A stretch of 64,000 nucleotides of DNA from an uncultured candidate division Zixibacteria bacterium (GCA_963806185.1 CAWDXE010000001.1:832001-896000), one strand, 5' to 3'; shown: positions 32,999-42,843, numbered from the stretch's first letter. Notes: a model not told the origin generated them from the sequence alone. Numbers and translations: made by a program.

Positions 32999-33826
32999 TT
33001 ATTTGGCGAGGGTGCCGAGAGCGGCGAGGTAGGCCATGGAGAGCGGCTGACCATCCTTGTCGAGTGGCGCCAAGTCGGTCAGCCATGTCACCGGACTGAC
33101 TGGACAGAGAAACTGTTTGCCCAGTTCGGCAACGAGATGATCGTCGGCAAGCGCGCCCGTCACCAGGACGCTACCCAGCGCAGTCGGTAGACTCTCTCGC
33201 TCCAACGCCGTTGCCTGGAGATTTACCCATGTTCGCAGGTCCATGGCGAGGCGCGCGAGCAGAGTCTCGTCAGTTTCAGCAGGTATTGATACATCGCCTA
33301 ACACCAGCGGCTGGTCACGGTATATCAGGCACACGGTGGCGGACGTATCAATCTCGATGAGACAAATCAGATCAGCAGACGGACGGGTGCAGAAAGTCCG
33401 ATATCCGGCGGCGAGCGCCAGTCCGCGCGGCAGCACAGTCAGCTGCTCGTGGGCTCCGTTGAGACCGAGATGATTCGCGATCTCCTTCAGGCGACTCTTG
33501 CGGACTAAAACGGCAATGACCCGATGAGCCGGTGAAGGTTGTTCGAGCACAATCAGGTACGTCTCGAGCGGTTCAAGCAGAGACTGGGACAGTTCGAACA
33601 GGGTGCGCGCCTGCCAATCGCTGGCTTCCGCCAACCGAACGATCCTGACGAGTGCCTCCGACGAGGGCAGACAGAGGGAAATGGCAGTGACGCATTCATG
33701 ATCGACGGTGAGTGCACCTTGATTATTCGCCGTGGCCGTATCGAAGCTCACGAGGGAATCATCAAACCGGGGGCGCACCGTGCGCAAGGTGGAACCGGTC
33801 CAGTCGAGTCCGAGGCGGCCGCTCAT
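32999..33826 (-). CDS. Hypothetical protein, possibly PilM/GspL-like actin fold
   Basis: N-terminal LGLDW.GS.LR.V and late VLVTG motifs resemble PilM; overlaps the comEA stop. Confidence 0.45.
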   Translation of the reverse strand: MSGRLGLDWTGSTLRTVRPRFDDSLVSFDTATANNQGALTVDHECVTAISLCLPSSEALVRIVRLAEASDWQARTLFELSQSLLEPLETYLIVLEQPSPAHRVIAVLVRKSRLKEIANHLGLNGAHEQLTVLPRGLALAAGYRTFCTRPSADLICLIEIDTSATVCLIYRDQPLVLGDVSIPAETDETLLARLAMDLRTWVNLQATALERESLPTALGSVLVTGALADDHLVAELGKQFLCPVSPVTWLTDLAPLDKDGQPLSMAYLAALGTLAK

Positions 33827-34200
33827 CGATTCACCCTCAGATACGGCTTGATCTGCTCGTAGAGTTTCGGCCCGATACCATGCACCTCGGTGATGTCGAT
33901 TTCGCGCGCAAAGTGATGGGTGACGCGATATTCAACAATGCGATCGGCGAGTGTCCGACCGATGCCGGGGAGCAACTCGAGCGAATCGGCCGGGGCAGTA
34001 TTGGGGTCGAGCACAAACAGGCCGGTGAATTTGATGTCGCTATCGCCGAGTACGACCGGCAGTGGGGGCGGGGTCGAGGTAGGGGTGGCGTATGATCTGA
34101 TCAGCAGATAGGCAGTGAGGCAGAGCGCCGTGATGGACAGGACCATAAGGACGCGGAGTTGTGCCGGTGAGAAGTCGAAGTATCGGTTTATGCTGATCAT
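33823..34200 (-). CDS. comEA: ComEA-family helix-hairpin-helix DNA-binding protein
   Basis: N-terminal TM; D.NTA...LELLPGIG.TLA.RIVEYR and V.GIGPK. Confidence 0.85.
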   Translation of the reverse strand: MISINRYFDFSPAQLRVLMVLSITALCLTAYLLIRSYATPTSTPPPLPVVLGDSDIKFTGLFVLDPNTAPADSLELLPGIGRTLADRIVEYRVTHHFAREIDITEVHGIGPKLYEQIKPYLRVNR

Positions 34201-34365
34201 GGTATTCACCCGTGGTGAGGGGACAATATAGCGGAAGTGGTGGAAAAGGCAAATGGAGACATGAGGAGTAGTTTGCCTGAGTTGTCGTTCTGTGAAATAC
34301 AATACAAGTGGTCACTCGTTCCTAATATTCTGCAACACACGATCATAACACCCATCGCTCAACGA

Positions 34366-34863
34366 ATTGTCATTCCGGGTCGTGTAGAATCAAGCGCCAG
34401 CTTGATTCTACATGGCCCGGAATCCATGGGACCGAACAGCATTCACGGACTGTCCCCCCGCTCCGATCATACCTCTCTGCCGCCCACCTCTTCTCCCAAA
34501 TCCCGCCATTCAGGATTGAAACTATTGATGAGTTTCTCTTTCTCGGCGCGACTCATGTTCTTGATCTGCTTCTCTCGGGCGATTGCGGCACGGATGTCTG
34601 TTGTCTGCTCGAAGTACACAAGTTTCCATACGTTGTAGATTCGCGTGAAGTGAGAGCCGTCACCCCGGCGGTGTTTGGCCAGGCGCACCGGCAGGTTCGA
34701 CGTTACGCCGGTGTAGAGGGCCGTATTCCGACTCGTTGTAAGCATATAGACAAAGCAATTGTAGGTCACACGGGAAGAGTAATGGGCGGAACTGACAGGG
34801 GCCGTCAGTGAAAATTGAAGAAATCGACCCATGGATTCCGGACCTTCGGTCCGGAATGACAAT
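34366..34863. mobile_element. Candidate GIY-YIG element bounded by inverted GTC-tagged hairpins
   Basis: Outer 13-bp perfect inverted repeat ATTGTCATTCCGG / CCGGAATGACAAT and inner 14-bp inverted repeat CCGGAATCCATGGG / CCCATGGATTCCGG around a single nuclease gene. Mobility is inferred. Confidence 0.6.
34467..34769 (-). CDS. Small stand-alone GIY-YIG nuclease
   Basis: FVYML....N.ALYTGVTSNL..RL..H, FT..YNV.KLVYFE, AIAREKQIK...R..K..LI...NPEWRDL. Probable GTG start at 34769 (ORF track extends to 34862, into the hairpin). Confidence 0.92.
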   Translation of the reverse strand: MTYNCFVYMLTTSRNTALYTGVTSNLPVRLAKHRRGDGSHFTRIYNVWKLVYFEQTTDIRAAIAREKQIKNMSRAEKEKLINSFNPEWRDLGEEVGGREV

Positions 34864-34899
34864 GGAGGGGGCGGTTCGAGCCCACTTCAGTGAGGCAGG

Positions 34900-35436
34900 C
34901 TACCGCAAACCGAGCCGGGCGGCGTCGACACCGTCAGGCAGTGGCAACAGCTTCCCTTCGCTGGCCAGCAATGCCTCCAGACCTTCGCTGGTCTGGTTCT
35001 CGAGCGACTCCAGCCGATGCGCCAGCTTGCTGGAATAGATACCGAACAGCGGATGACGGCCATCTTTGCCTGCATAGCCGAGGAACATCTCGCCGTGGTA
35101 ATTGCGCACCAGATCGACAATCAATTCCAGCGGAAAATCGGCGGCGTCGGTAGAACCGACAAAGGCAGCCTCGGCGTTGGCCTGTTTCAGCGCGGCAGTG
35201 AGGCCGGCGATCGGTTTGTGCTCCGCGGCAGCGTCGCAAACGTGGGGATAGTTGAGATACCGCTCCTTCGCCTGATCTGGTTTGAGGACGAGCCAGACGC
35301 GTTCGAAGAGGGAGGCGTAGCGACGGTAGGTCCGTTCGAGCCGGGTCAGGTCGCCATCAGTCTGAAAGTCCTCGATGCAATTGGATTTTCCTCCGGCCAG
35401 GAGGAAGCAGGGCATCTCGCGAAACGATTGGGTCAT
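34900..35436 (-). CDS. MobA-like nucleotidyltransferase-fold protein (divergent)
   Basis: LLAGGKS, P.AGL.AAL and HPLFGIYS; lacks the usual RRMG.DKA. Confidence 0.65.
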   Translation of the reverse strand: MTQSFREMPCFLLAGGKSNCIEDFQTDGDLTRLERTYRRYASLFERVWLVLKPDQAKERYLNYPHVCDAAAEHKPIAGLTAALKQANAEAAFVGSTDAADFPLELIVDLVRNYHGEMFLGYAGKDGRHPLFGIYSSKLAHRLESLENQTSEGLEALLASEGKLLPLPDGVDAARLGLR

Positions 35437-35716
35437 GGGTCTCCCTTGTGTCAGATAGAGTCCGACCCTCTATCGGGGTGGTGGCCGAAGACCGTTTTGG
35501 GGTTGCTTCCGGATACCGGAAACTAAAACAACGACAACGGGAGTCTATGCGCAAGGGAAAAACAAGAAATTCTGAAGTTGCGCGCTGGGGGGCAGAAATC
35601 GCCAAATTGGGGTCCTTGTCACCGCTTGACAAGCTTCGCCGGCTGTCGCTATCATTAAGCAAATGTGGTACAGATGGTCCATCGCAACGCCCTCAATGCA
35701 CGCCCAGAGGTTCCGC

Positions 35717-36316
35717 ATGACAGACTCACATTTTTTCTCTCGCACTACGCAAATCGCCATCGCGGTGTTCCTTATCCTGCTCTGCGCCTGCGCTCCGAAA
35801 TTGGGCGCACCGAGCGAAGGGATCACGAATCAGTTTTTTCGCGAGTTTGGCGGGCAAACTATACCGGAGCCGAAATATGATTTCTCCCGCCTCGAGAAGG
35901 GTTACGGGCTGTTCGTATTCAGTTTCGAATCCAAACAACTTGTCGGTGACCGCACAACCGGATTCGACGAAAACAAACGAAGCGGCTTGTGCATTTGGGA
36001 ATACCTGTTCCGCGATATGTCGGGGTTGGCGCCGGTAGTAATCTCGCGTGATTTCGCGGCCGTCAGCAAAGGAAATATCGGTTACCTGGGCTTGCCTGAT
36101 GCCTGGAAGACGTGCATCAACGCCACTTTTCTCGCAGGGCGCGTTGTATATGGCGGACGGATCGAGATCGAACTGGAAAACAATCGCCTCTTTCCTCCGG
36201 AAGTGACCAACAAGGGTGAAGAGGATCTGGCCGCATTTTTGAAAGCCTGTCCAGATTCGAGCCTCGTGCTTCCGATCGACACGGTGCTGATGCTGCTGGG
36301 ATATCCGTCGAGATGA
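35717..36316 (+). CDS. Hypothetical lipoprotein
   Basis: Hydrophobic leader ending LLCAC; ATG 35717 preceded by GAGG; TTGACA-18-TATCAT upstream. Confidence 0.6.
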   Translation: MTDSHFFSRTTQIAIAVFLILLCACAPKLGAPSEGITNQFFREFGGQTIPEPKYDFSRLEKGYGLFVFSFESKQLVGDRTTGFDENKRSGLCIWEYLFRDMSGLAPVVISRDFAAVSKGNIGYLGLPDAWKTCINATFLAGRVVYGGRIEIELENNRLFPPEVTNKGEEDLAAFLKACPDSSLVLPIDTVLMLLGYPSR

Positions 36317-36503
36317 CAGCCGATGGGCGATCATAATTCGGAGCCGACACGCGACAATGCTTCATTTGAAAGCGGGTAGCGCACCCCGGAAGCGGACATT
36401 TTGACCCACAAATTCAGGATTTCCTATTGACCCTCCACTCTTCCGTAGATTAGATTAATCCTGAACGTGGTCGTTCGCGTCTATCTCTCAGTGAGGGAGT
36501 TCT

Positions 36504-37575
36504 ATGATGATTTATACAAAGCGAAATCTCGCGGCGGTCGTGCTGCTGGGCATCGGCCTCATTCTCCTCCTGTTGGTTGCCTGCGATGACCCCGGCGGGC
36601 TTCAGCCTCCGGTCGTCCAACGCGCCATGGACATGTCATTGAGCCGGAGCGACTGGGAACCGGCGTCGTTTCCGGTACAGCTGGGTGATCGCTTCGAGCG
36701 CGCCAAGCTGCTCTGGCACAATGCCCGCGAAATCGAAATTCCCCCGGTCTACCGCCGGCACCCTTCGTGGAGCATTCCGTTCCGCCTCATTCTTCGTCCC
36801 AGTCAGGACGGCACACTGTATGATGAAACGATAGTAACCTCGGATTCGCTCGGAAGAAAATGGAATGGGTTGATGACCAGACTCAGCGATGAAATCAAAT
36901 GGGATCAGGTCGACTATCTGTATGTCATCGGCCGAACGAACGGTGCGGTACTGCATATCGATCTGGGGCGTATTAGCGAGGATCGGAACGGCAACGGCAT
37001 AAATGACACTGAGGACAAGGACGGTAACTTCTACGTCAGCGAGGATGAAGATACGGGATCCGGACGGTGTTCCCGACATTCTAGAACCGGGTTACGATCC
37101 GGCAACGAATCGCGATCCGCGTCACGATGACTGGTATTTTGAAGGGGAAGGCATCTGTCCCGTGGCCCCAGCTCTTTGTGGGAACCTGCAACTTTGGGAT
37201 GAGCCAACTGATTCGCTCTACTACGAGTTTCTCAACGGAACAGAAGGAAACCGACGCGACCCATCTACGCTCGGGATGCCGGACGATGAGCTCTTTGGCA
37301 TCAGCGTCATGAAACAGGTTGACGATTACTATTCGTACCGAATCGATTTTGCGGCCGATTCATTCGTCGTACCGGGGTCGGACGTGAACGGATGGCGGAT
37401 ATATCGCATTCCAGTCAAGAGTGCCCTCGCCGCCGAGACGACCTTTGCGGAGCCCGGAATCGCGCCGAAATGGGACAACTCCGGGATGATGCACATGCGG
37501 GCATGGGTGGCATCAGATGGGGGTGGCGATGAGACGATAGACACGGTTCTTATCGCGCGCTGGTATGTGGAGTAG
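36504..37575 (+). CDS. Lipoprotein resembling an internal segment of the SprA/Sov translocon; one apparent frameshift (~37055)
   Basis: Lipobox LVAC; KWNGLM, LHIDLGRISED, DTEDKDGN, NGTEGN and GWRIYRIP across ORFs 36504-37130 and 37003-37575. Confidence 0.55.
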
Positions 37576-37716
37576 GTGGGCAGTGACCGTTCTTCGATCG
37601 GCCCATGTCACCTGCTCGGAGGCTGGAATCCTCCCCTACAAATGAAAAGTGCGGCCGGGCATCAAGCCTGACCGCACAAGGACAAACTCTGGATGCCCGA
37701 TCAAGGTGGGCATGAC
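37572..37716. repeat. Small hairpin island between convergent genes
   Basis: GTGCGGCCGGGC..GCCTGACCGCAC and the GTC-family hairpin GGATGCCC..GGGCATGAC. Confidence 0.65.
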
Positions 37717-37726
37717 AGTGGGGAAA

Positions 37727-38287
37727 CTACTCGGTCTCTTCCTCACTCACCGTCCCGGAGACCTGACGGAGTATCTTGAGATGGGTCAGCTCCTTGTCGG
37801 CTTCCATTCCCCAACCGGTCACCACATCCTTCCCCTTGCGGGTGATCTTCACGAAAGCATCGGTCTGAATCTTGTTGATGTCCGGATTCCAAACCAGGTA
37901 ATCGGTCTCCAGCACCGAGTTTTCCTTGGTGTTGACGACAACATGGCCGAAAATCTGCAGATGGCCGGTGTTCTCGCGGATAACGCTTGAATCGCCAACG
38001 ACATTTGAGGTCACCTGGCCGAGCGTGTCGAGGAAATCGACAACGACCGTGTATGCGGCCGTCGAGTCCTTCACCTCGAAGCGGCGAACGCGGTCAGCCT
38101 GGACCTCGGTGGTCACCCGGCTGCCTTCATAGAGATGGATGCGTGCCCCGATCACTTCGGTGTCAGGGCGAGTTGACGTATCCGTGGATGCAGGGACGGT
38201 GCTCGAGGATTTCTCCGACGTGCAGCCGGCCTGAATCAACAGAGCCAATACGATCAAAGTTAAGAATTTGCGTATCAAGAGTTTCAT
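37727..38287 (-). CDS. lptC: LPS export periplasmic protein LptC
   Basis: N-terminal anchor; G.VVV, LETDYLVW, IQTDAFVKI and G.GMEAD beta-jellyroll pattern; downstream of the kds genes. Confidence 0.8.
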   Translation of the reverse strand: MKLLIRKFLTLIVLALLIQAGCTSEKSSSTVPASTDTSTRPDTEVIGARIHLYEGSRVTTEVQADRVRRFEVKDSTAAYTVVVDFLDTLGQVTSNVVGDSSVIRENTGHLQIFGHVVVNTKENSVLETDYLVWNPDINKIQTDAFVKITRKGKDVVTGWGMEADKELTHLKILRQVSGTVSEEETE

Positions 38288-38583
38288 TAGTCCTTTCCGA
38301 CTCCAATATCGGCGGCAAGATGGGAATATCGAGCCCCAAGTCAAGGCCGATTATGAGCGAGAGGCCTTCCGCCACCTCACAGACCAACTTAACGCATTGT
38401 GGTTCATATTAGTACAATAATGTCGAGTCGAAAGATCACTTTGTGAGACCTTCCACTATTGGGACGAACCTGTGGCAGTGTTGGAGCAATACTCTCATGA
38501 GTTATCCACAACGGGATGATGGCCTGCAGTGAAGTAGTTTGACGTATTTCAAGTGATTGTGCGGGCTGTATGAGAGAATAGAG

Positions 38584-38770
38584 CGTCAGGATCACCCGCT
38601 AGGAAGCGGGGATCCTTACCGACAAGACTGCCTGACCGACAAGAATCCCTCGCGATTATAGATGTTAGATAATTCGTGGACAGAATTCTGATATGTTGTG
38701 GTTGGGAAAGGGGAATTCTGGACCTGATTGGCTTAATCGGAGCTTAAGCCAATCAGATCCAGAATGACAA
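38584..38770. repeat. REP-like hairpins between kdsD and lptC
   Basis: CGTCAGGATCACCCGCT..AGCGGGGATCC (copy of 30371 and 16867) and a long GTC-family hairpin at 38715-38770. Confidence 0.8.
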
Positions 38771-38819
38771 CGTGAGACGTGATAGACAATGACGTTGGGT
38801 GAAGTCCGACGAGATTCGT

Positions 38820-39788
38820 CTAAACCAGTTTGGAGCGCAGGATGTCGTGGAGATGGAGAATACCGGTCAGGTGACCGTCATCGTCGACCGTGGGGAGCTG
38901 GGTGATCGAGTACTTCTCCATGAGGGCCAGGGCGGCGTCGAGTACGGCGCTCTGATTGATCCGTTTGGGATTGGCGATCATCACCTGTCTTGCGGTGAGG
39001 GTGCTGAAGTCGCGTTCGCGTTCGACCAGACGGCGCAGGTCGCCGTCGGTGAAGATTCCGGCCAGCCGGCCGTCCGAGTGAGTCATGGTAACGCAACCGA
39101 GCCGTTTGGATGTCATTTCCAACATCAATTGCGGCATGGTGGCGTCCGGGGCGACCATGGGGATCGAGTCACCGCCGTGATGAACCTCGAAGACATGCTT
39201 GAGCAGTCGCCGTCCGAGCGAGCCGCCGGGGTGCAGGGCGGCGAAATCGTCGGGGCCGAAGTCGCGAGCGCGCAGGAGAGCAAGGGCGAGGGCATCACCC
39301 ATCACGAGAGCGGCGGTTGATGACGAGGTCGGCACGAGGTTGTTGGGACACGCCTCTGTCTGGACAGAACAATCGAGCGCGATATCCGCCTTTTGGTAGA
39401 GCGGCGAACCGATGGTGCCACCGAGCATGATGATGCAGGCCCCGAGCCGGCGGGCGGCGACGATAATCGTCTCGAGCTCGTCGAGCGACCCCGACTTAGA
39501 GATGACCAACATGACATCCTCGCCGCGAAGGAGACCGAGATCGCCGTGCATAGCTTCGGCGGGGTGCAGAAAAATGGAAGCGACACCGGTTGAATTGAAA
39601 GTGGCGGCGATCTTGCGGCCGATCAGACCGCTCTTGCCGATGCCGGTGACGATAACTCGACCCTTACAGTCGTGAAGTCTCTGCACCGCGTTCGAGAAGT
39701 TCTCATCGAGGCGGTCGGCCATGGCGGCGACCGCCTCAGCTTCCATTTTGATGACCTCGCGGCCGTAATTGACGTGGTCCTTCTTCAT
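38820..39788 (-). CDS. kdsD: Arabinose-5-phosphate isomerase (KpsF/GutQ; SIS plus CBS domains)
   Basis: TGIGKSG, HPAEAMHGDLG, EACPNNLVPTSS, HPGGSLG and GIFTDGDLRR; ATGA overlap with kdsC. Confidence 0.95.
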   Translation of the reverse strand: MKKDHVNYGREVIKMEAEAVAAMADRLDENFSNAVQRLHDCKGRVIVTGIGKSGLIGRKIAATFNSTGVASIFLHPAEAMHGDLGLLRGEDVMLVISKSGSLDELETIIVAARRLGACIIMLGGTIGSPLYQKADIALDCSVQTEACPNNLVPTSSSTAALVMGDALALALLRARDFGPDDFAALHPGGSLGRRLLKHVFEVHHGGDSIPMVAPDATMPQLMLEMTSKRLGCVTMTHSDGRLAGIFTDGDLRRLVERERDFSTLTARQVMIANPKRINQSAVLDAALALMEKYSITQLPTVDDDGHLTGILHLHDILRSKLV

Positions 39789-40315
39789 ACGATCAATTTC
39801 AACGGGTCGATGTTGTGTGCCTCGAAATAGCATTCAATGATCTCGCGAATTGCGCCCTTGCCGCCCTTACGGGCAGTGACGTAATCCACCACCGTCAGGT
39901 AGCGACTTGAGGCATCGGCCACGGCAATCGCCAGCCCGACCTTGTCGGCCAGTTTGATATCGAGAAGGTCGTTGCCAACGTAGGCGACCTGCTCGTAGTC
40001 CACACCCAACTCCTTAAGCAGCGGGTCGATCATCTCGACCTTGTTGCGCTTGCCCTGCAGAACGTGCTTGATGCCGAGGTCCTTCATGCGTGAATCGGTT
40101 GCGGGAGAGTAGCGCCCCGAGACAATGACGATGGGAATGCCGGCTTTCATTGCCAACGCCATGTAGAAACCATCGGAGATATTGAATTTCTTCATTTCGA
40201 ATCCGTCGGGACCGAAAAAGAGCGAGTCGTCGGTGAGTACGCCGTCAACATCCATAGCCAGTACCTTGATCGCGCGCAAACGCTCGACAAACTGTTCTCG
40301 CGTGAGGCTGGGCAT
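39785..40315 (-). CDS. kdsC: KDO-8-phosphate phosphatase (HAD family)
   Basis: DVDGVLTD, F.ISDG and GGKGAIRE. Confidence 0.92.
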   Translation of the reverse strand: MPSLTREQFVERLRAIKVLAMDVDGVLTDDSLFFGPDGFEMKKFNISDGFYMALAMKAGIPIVIVSGRYSPATDSRMKDLGIKHVLQGKRNKVEMIDPLLKELGVDYEQVAYVGNDLLDIKLADKVGLAIAVADASSRYLTVVDYVTARKGGKGAIREIIECYFEAHNIDPLKLIV

Positions 40316-40316
40316 A

Positions 40317-41126
40317 TCAGTGCGACGCTCCTGTTGTGGCGGTTTTCACCTGCACTATATTTTGAATGAGCGATTCCATTTTGTCGAGCGGCAGCATGGC
40401 ACCGGCATCGGAGAGGGCTTTCGACGGGTCCGGATGGGTTTCGACAAAGAGACCGTCAATGCCGATCGCCACGGCGGCCCGGGCCATCGGAATGACATAC
40501 TCGGGCTGACCGGTGGATACGTTGCCGCCTCCGCCGGGAAGTTGCAGCGAGTGAGTTACATCATAGATCACCGGAAGTCCGATCCGCTTCATGATGACAA
40601 AGGATCGAAAATCGACGACGAGATTGCGATAGCCAAAGGTGGTGCCTCGCTCAGTGAGCATGACGCGCTTGGAGTTGGCCTTCTCCGCAATTCTCGCCAT
40701 GTCTTCGGGGGCGAGGAATTGCCCCTTCTTGATGTTCACCCATCGTCCGGAGGCCGCTGCTTTGGCGACCAGATCGGTCTGGCGGCAGAGGAACGCCGGT
40801 ATTTGCAGGACATCGACCACGCGCGCGACCGCATCGACCTCAACTGTTTCGTGAATGTCGGAGAGCACGGGTACGTTGAAATCCTTACGGATTTTTTCGA
40901 GAATAGCGAGTCCCTCGGTGAAACCGAGGCCGGTGAATGAACCGGCGGAAAGGCGGTTGGCTTTTTTATATGACGCTTTGAAAATATAGGGCACGTTGTA
41001 GCGCTGACAGAGCGCGACCATCTTTTCAGCGACGCGCCGACAGAGATCCTCGGATTCAATAACACATGGCCCGGCGATGAGCACAAATTCACCGGCTTCC
41101 ATTCTTTCGAGGGCGGTCCTATTCAT
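40317..41126 (-). CDS. kdsA: KDO-8-phosphate synthase
   Basis: IAGPCVIES, KANR.S, QIPAFLCRQTDL, KKGQF, ERGTTFGY and D.THSLQ. Confidence 0.97.
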   Translation of the reverse strand: MNRTALERMEAGEFVLIAGPCVIESEDLCRRVAEKMVALCQRYNVPYIFKASYKKANRLSAGSFTGLGFTEGLAILEKIRKDFNVPVLSDIHETVEVDAVARVVDVLQIPAFLCRQTDLVAKAAASGRWVNIKKGQFLAPEDMARIAEKANSKRVMLTERGTTFGYRNLVVDFRSFVIMKRIGLPVIYDVTHSLQLPGGGGNVSTGQPEYVIPMARAAVAIGIDGLFVETHPDPSKALSDAGAMLPLDKMESLIQNIVQVKTATTGASH

Positions 41127-41226
41127 GCGGGCGAATATACGGTGCTCAAGTAGGGTTGTCAGTATTAATGTAGGTGCTTCAGGTGTCTGGGTTTGTTGTC
41201 GCCAAACGACTTACAGCAGAGGCGAT

Positions 41227-41619
41227 CTACTCGGCATTTTTGCGCAGGTGCCAGCGGATGGTGTCGCCGGCCTGGACCGGGCGTTTATTGGCGGCCACCT
41301 CACCCATGGTATCGTTCACCGAATACACCCAGAACGCATCGGCAGTAGCGTGAATCGAATCTATGCTTTTCACAAACGCACCGATCGCGCTCGCTTGATA
41401 GTCAACTCTGTGGGAAGCGTTCAAGAGGTCAAAAACATTGGTGGAATCCGCTCCGATCAGGGTGATGACGATACTGTCACGATTCTGGCCGGCGCTCGCC
41501 AGGCGAGGGGCATCGGCTTGAGTTGATTCGCTCTTCCGCGCGGAGTCGTCGATGGAACGGCAGGCGAAAACGGCAAGGCAGAGGAGAATCGAAGCTACCG
41601 CAGGGAAAGATCGCATCAT
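41227..41619 (-). CDS. Lipoprotein with a DUF4430 / transcobalamin C-terminal-like domain
   Basis: Lipobox VFAC; GAFVKSID, FWVYSVND and GDTIRW. Confidence 0.7.
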   Translation of the reverse strand: MMRSFPAVASILLCLAVFACRSIDDSARKSESTQADAPRLASAGQNRDSIVITLIGADSTNVFDLLNASHRVDYQASAIGAFVKSIDSIHATADAFWVYSVNDTMGEVAANKRPVQAGDTIRWHLRKNAE

Positions 41620-41625
41620 TTTGAT

Positions 41626-42843
41626 TCACTCGTAGCGAAGAGCCTCGATCGGGCTCAGTTTGGATGCTTTGAAGGCGGGATAGTAACCGAAAAACATGCC
41701 TACCGCCGCCGAGAAAAAGAAAGCGAGCAGAACGGAGCCGGTGCTGACATAGGTCGCCCAGCCGGCATACTTGGAGACCAGACTGGAAGCGCCAACGCCC
41801 AGGATGATGCCGAGGAGGCCACCGATAAGACTCATGAGGATCGACTCGACCAGGAACTGCTGAAGAATATCGCGGCGACGCGCGCCGATAGACATCCGGA
41901 TACCGATCTCACGCGTGCGTTCGGTCACCGACACGAGCATGATGTTCATGATGCCGATACCGCCGACGAGAAGCGATACCGAGGCAATGCTGGCCAGCAG
42001 TTTGGTCATGATGCTCGACGTAGAAGTGGCCATGCTGGCGATATCGGTCTGTGTGCGAATAGTGAAATCATCGGCCTGCCAGTCGGAGAGGCGGTGACGC
42101 GCGCGCAGGACTTCGGTGATCTGCTGCTGGGCCTCGGGGATACGCTGCTTGGTGACAGCCGAGGCAAGGATATTGGGGACGCGGTCAGTGCCGATGACTT
42201 TGCGCTGGACGGTGGAGAAGGGGGCAATGATCAGGTCGTCCTGATCCTGTCCCATGGCGTTCTGTCCCTTTGCATCGAGGACCCCAATGACCTTGAACGG
42301 GAGTTTGAGGACGCGGATCATCTGACCCACCGGATCCTGCGATGGAAACAGCTCATCGGCCACAGTTTTGCCGATCACACACACCTTGGTACCGCCCCGT
42401 TCGTCGGTCTCGGTGAACGCCTCACCGGACTTGATGCGCCAATCGCGGATGGAAAAGTACTCCGGATAGCCGCCCAGAATCTGCGTATTCCAATTCAGAT
42501 TGCCTGCCACCACCTGACGATTGGTGCGCGCGTTGGGGGTAATGTAAGCGACAGCCGGGCACTGCTCGCGGATGGCCGCTACATCTTCGAGAGTGAGGGA
42601 TTGTTGTGTGCCGGCACCGGAGTTGACACCACCCATCATGGAAGAGCCAGGGAAGATCATGAGAATATTCGTGCCGAGGCTGGCGATTTGGGTTTCGACC
42701 GCCGCTGTGGCGCCCTGACCAACCGCGACCATGGCCACTACCGCACCGACGCCGATGATGATGCCGAGCATAGTGAGCAGGGCACGCGTCTTATGGCGCA
42801 TGAGTGATTCTATAGCGGCACGGAGTATTTCGGCAAATTGCAT
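41626..42843 (-). CDS. MacB-like ABC permease (no fused ATPase)
   Basis: LTMLGIIIGV, GGIGIMNIMLVSVTERTREIGIR and PIEALRYE. Confidence 0.92.
   Translation of the reverse strand: MQFAEILRAAIESLMRHKTRALLTMLGIIIGVGAVVAMVAVGQGATAAVETQIASLGTNILMIFPGSSMMGGVNSGAGTQQSLTLEDVAAIREQCPAVAYITPNARTNRQVVAGNLNWNTQILGGYPEYFSIRDWRIKSGEAFTETDERGGTKVCVIGKTVADELFPSQDPVGQMIRVLKLPFKVIGVLDAKGQNAMGQDQDDLIIAPFSTVQRKVIGTDRVPNILASAVTKQRIPEAQQQITEVLRARHRLSDWQADDFTIRTQTDIASMATSTSSIMTKLLASIASVSLLVGGIGIMNIMLVSVTERTREIGIRMSIGARRRDILQQFLVESILMSLIGGLLGIILGVGASSLVSKYAGWATYVSTGSVLLAFFFSAAVGMFFGYYPAFKASKLSPIEALRYE

Noticed and set aside
34868..34906. GGTTCGAGCCC as a tRNA T-arm
   Set aside because: No cloverleaf, acceptor stem or CCA; it is part of a hairpin at a gene end.
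38502..38510. Perfect DnaA box TTATCCACA in a lower-GC intergenic region as oriC
   Set aside because: Only one perfect box, no clear box cluster or unwinding element, and no dnaA/dnaN neighbourhood.
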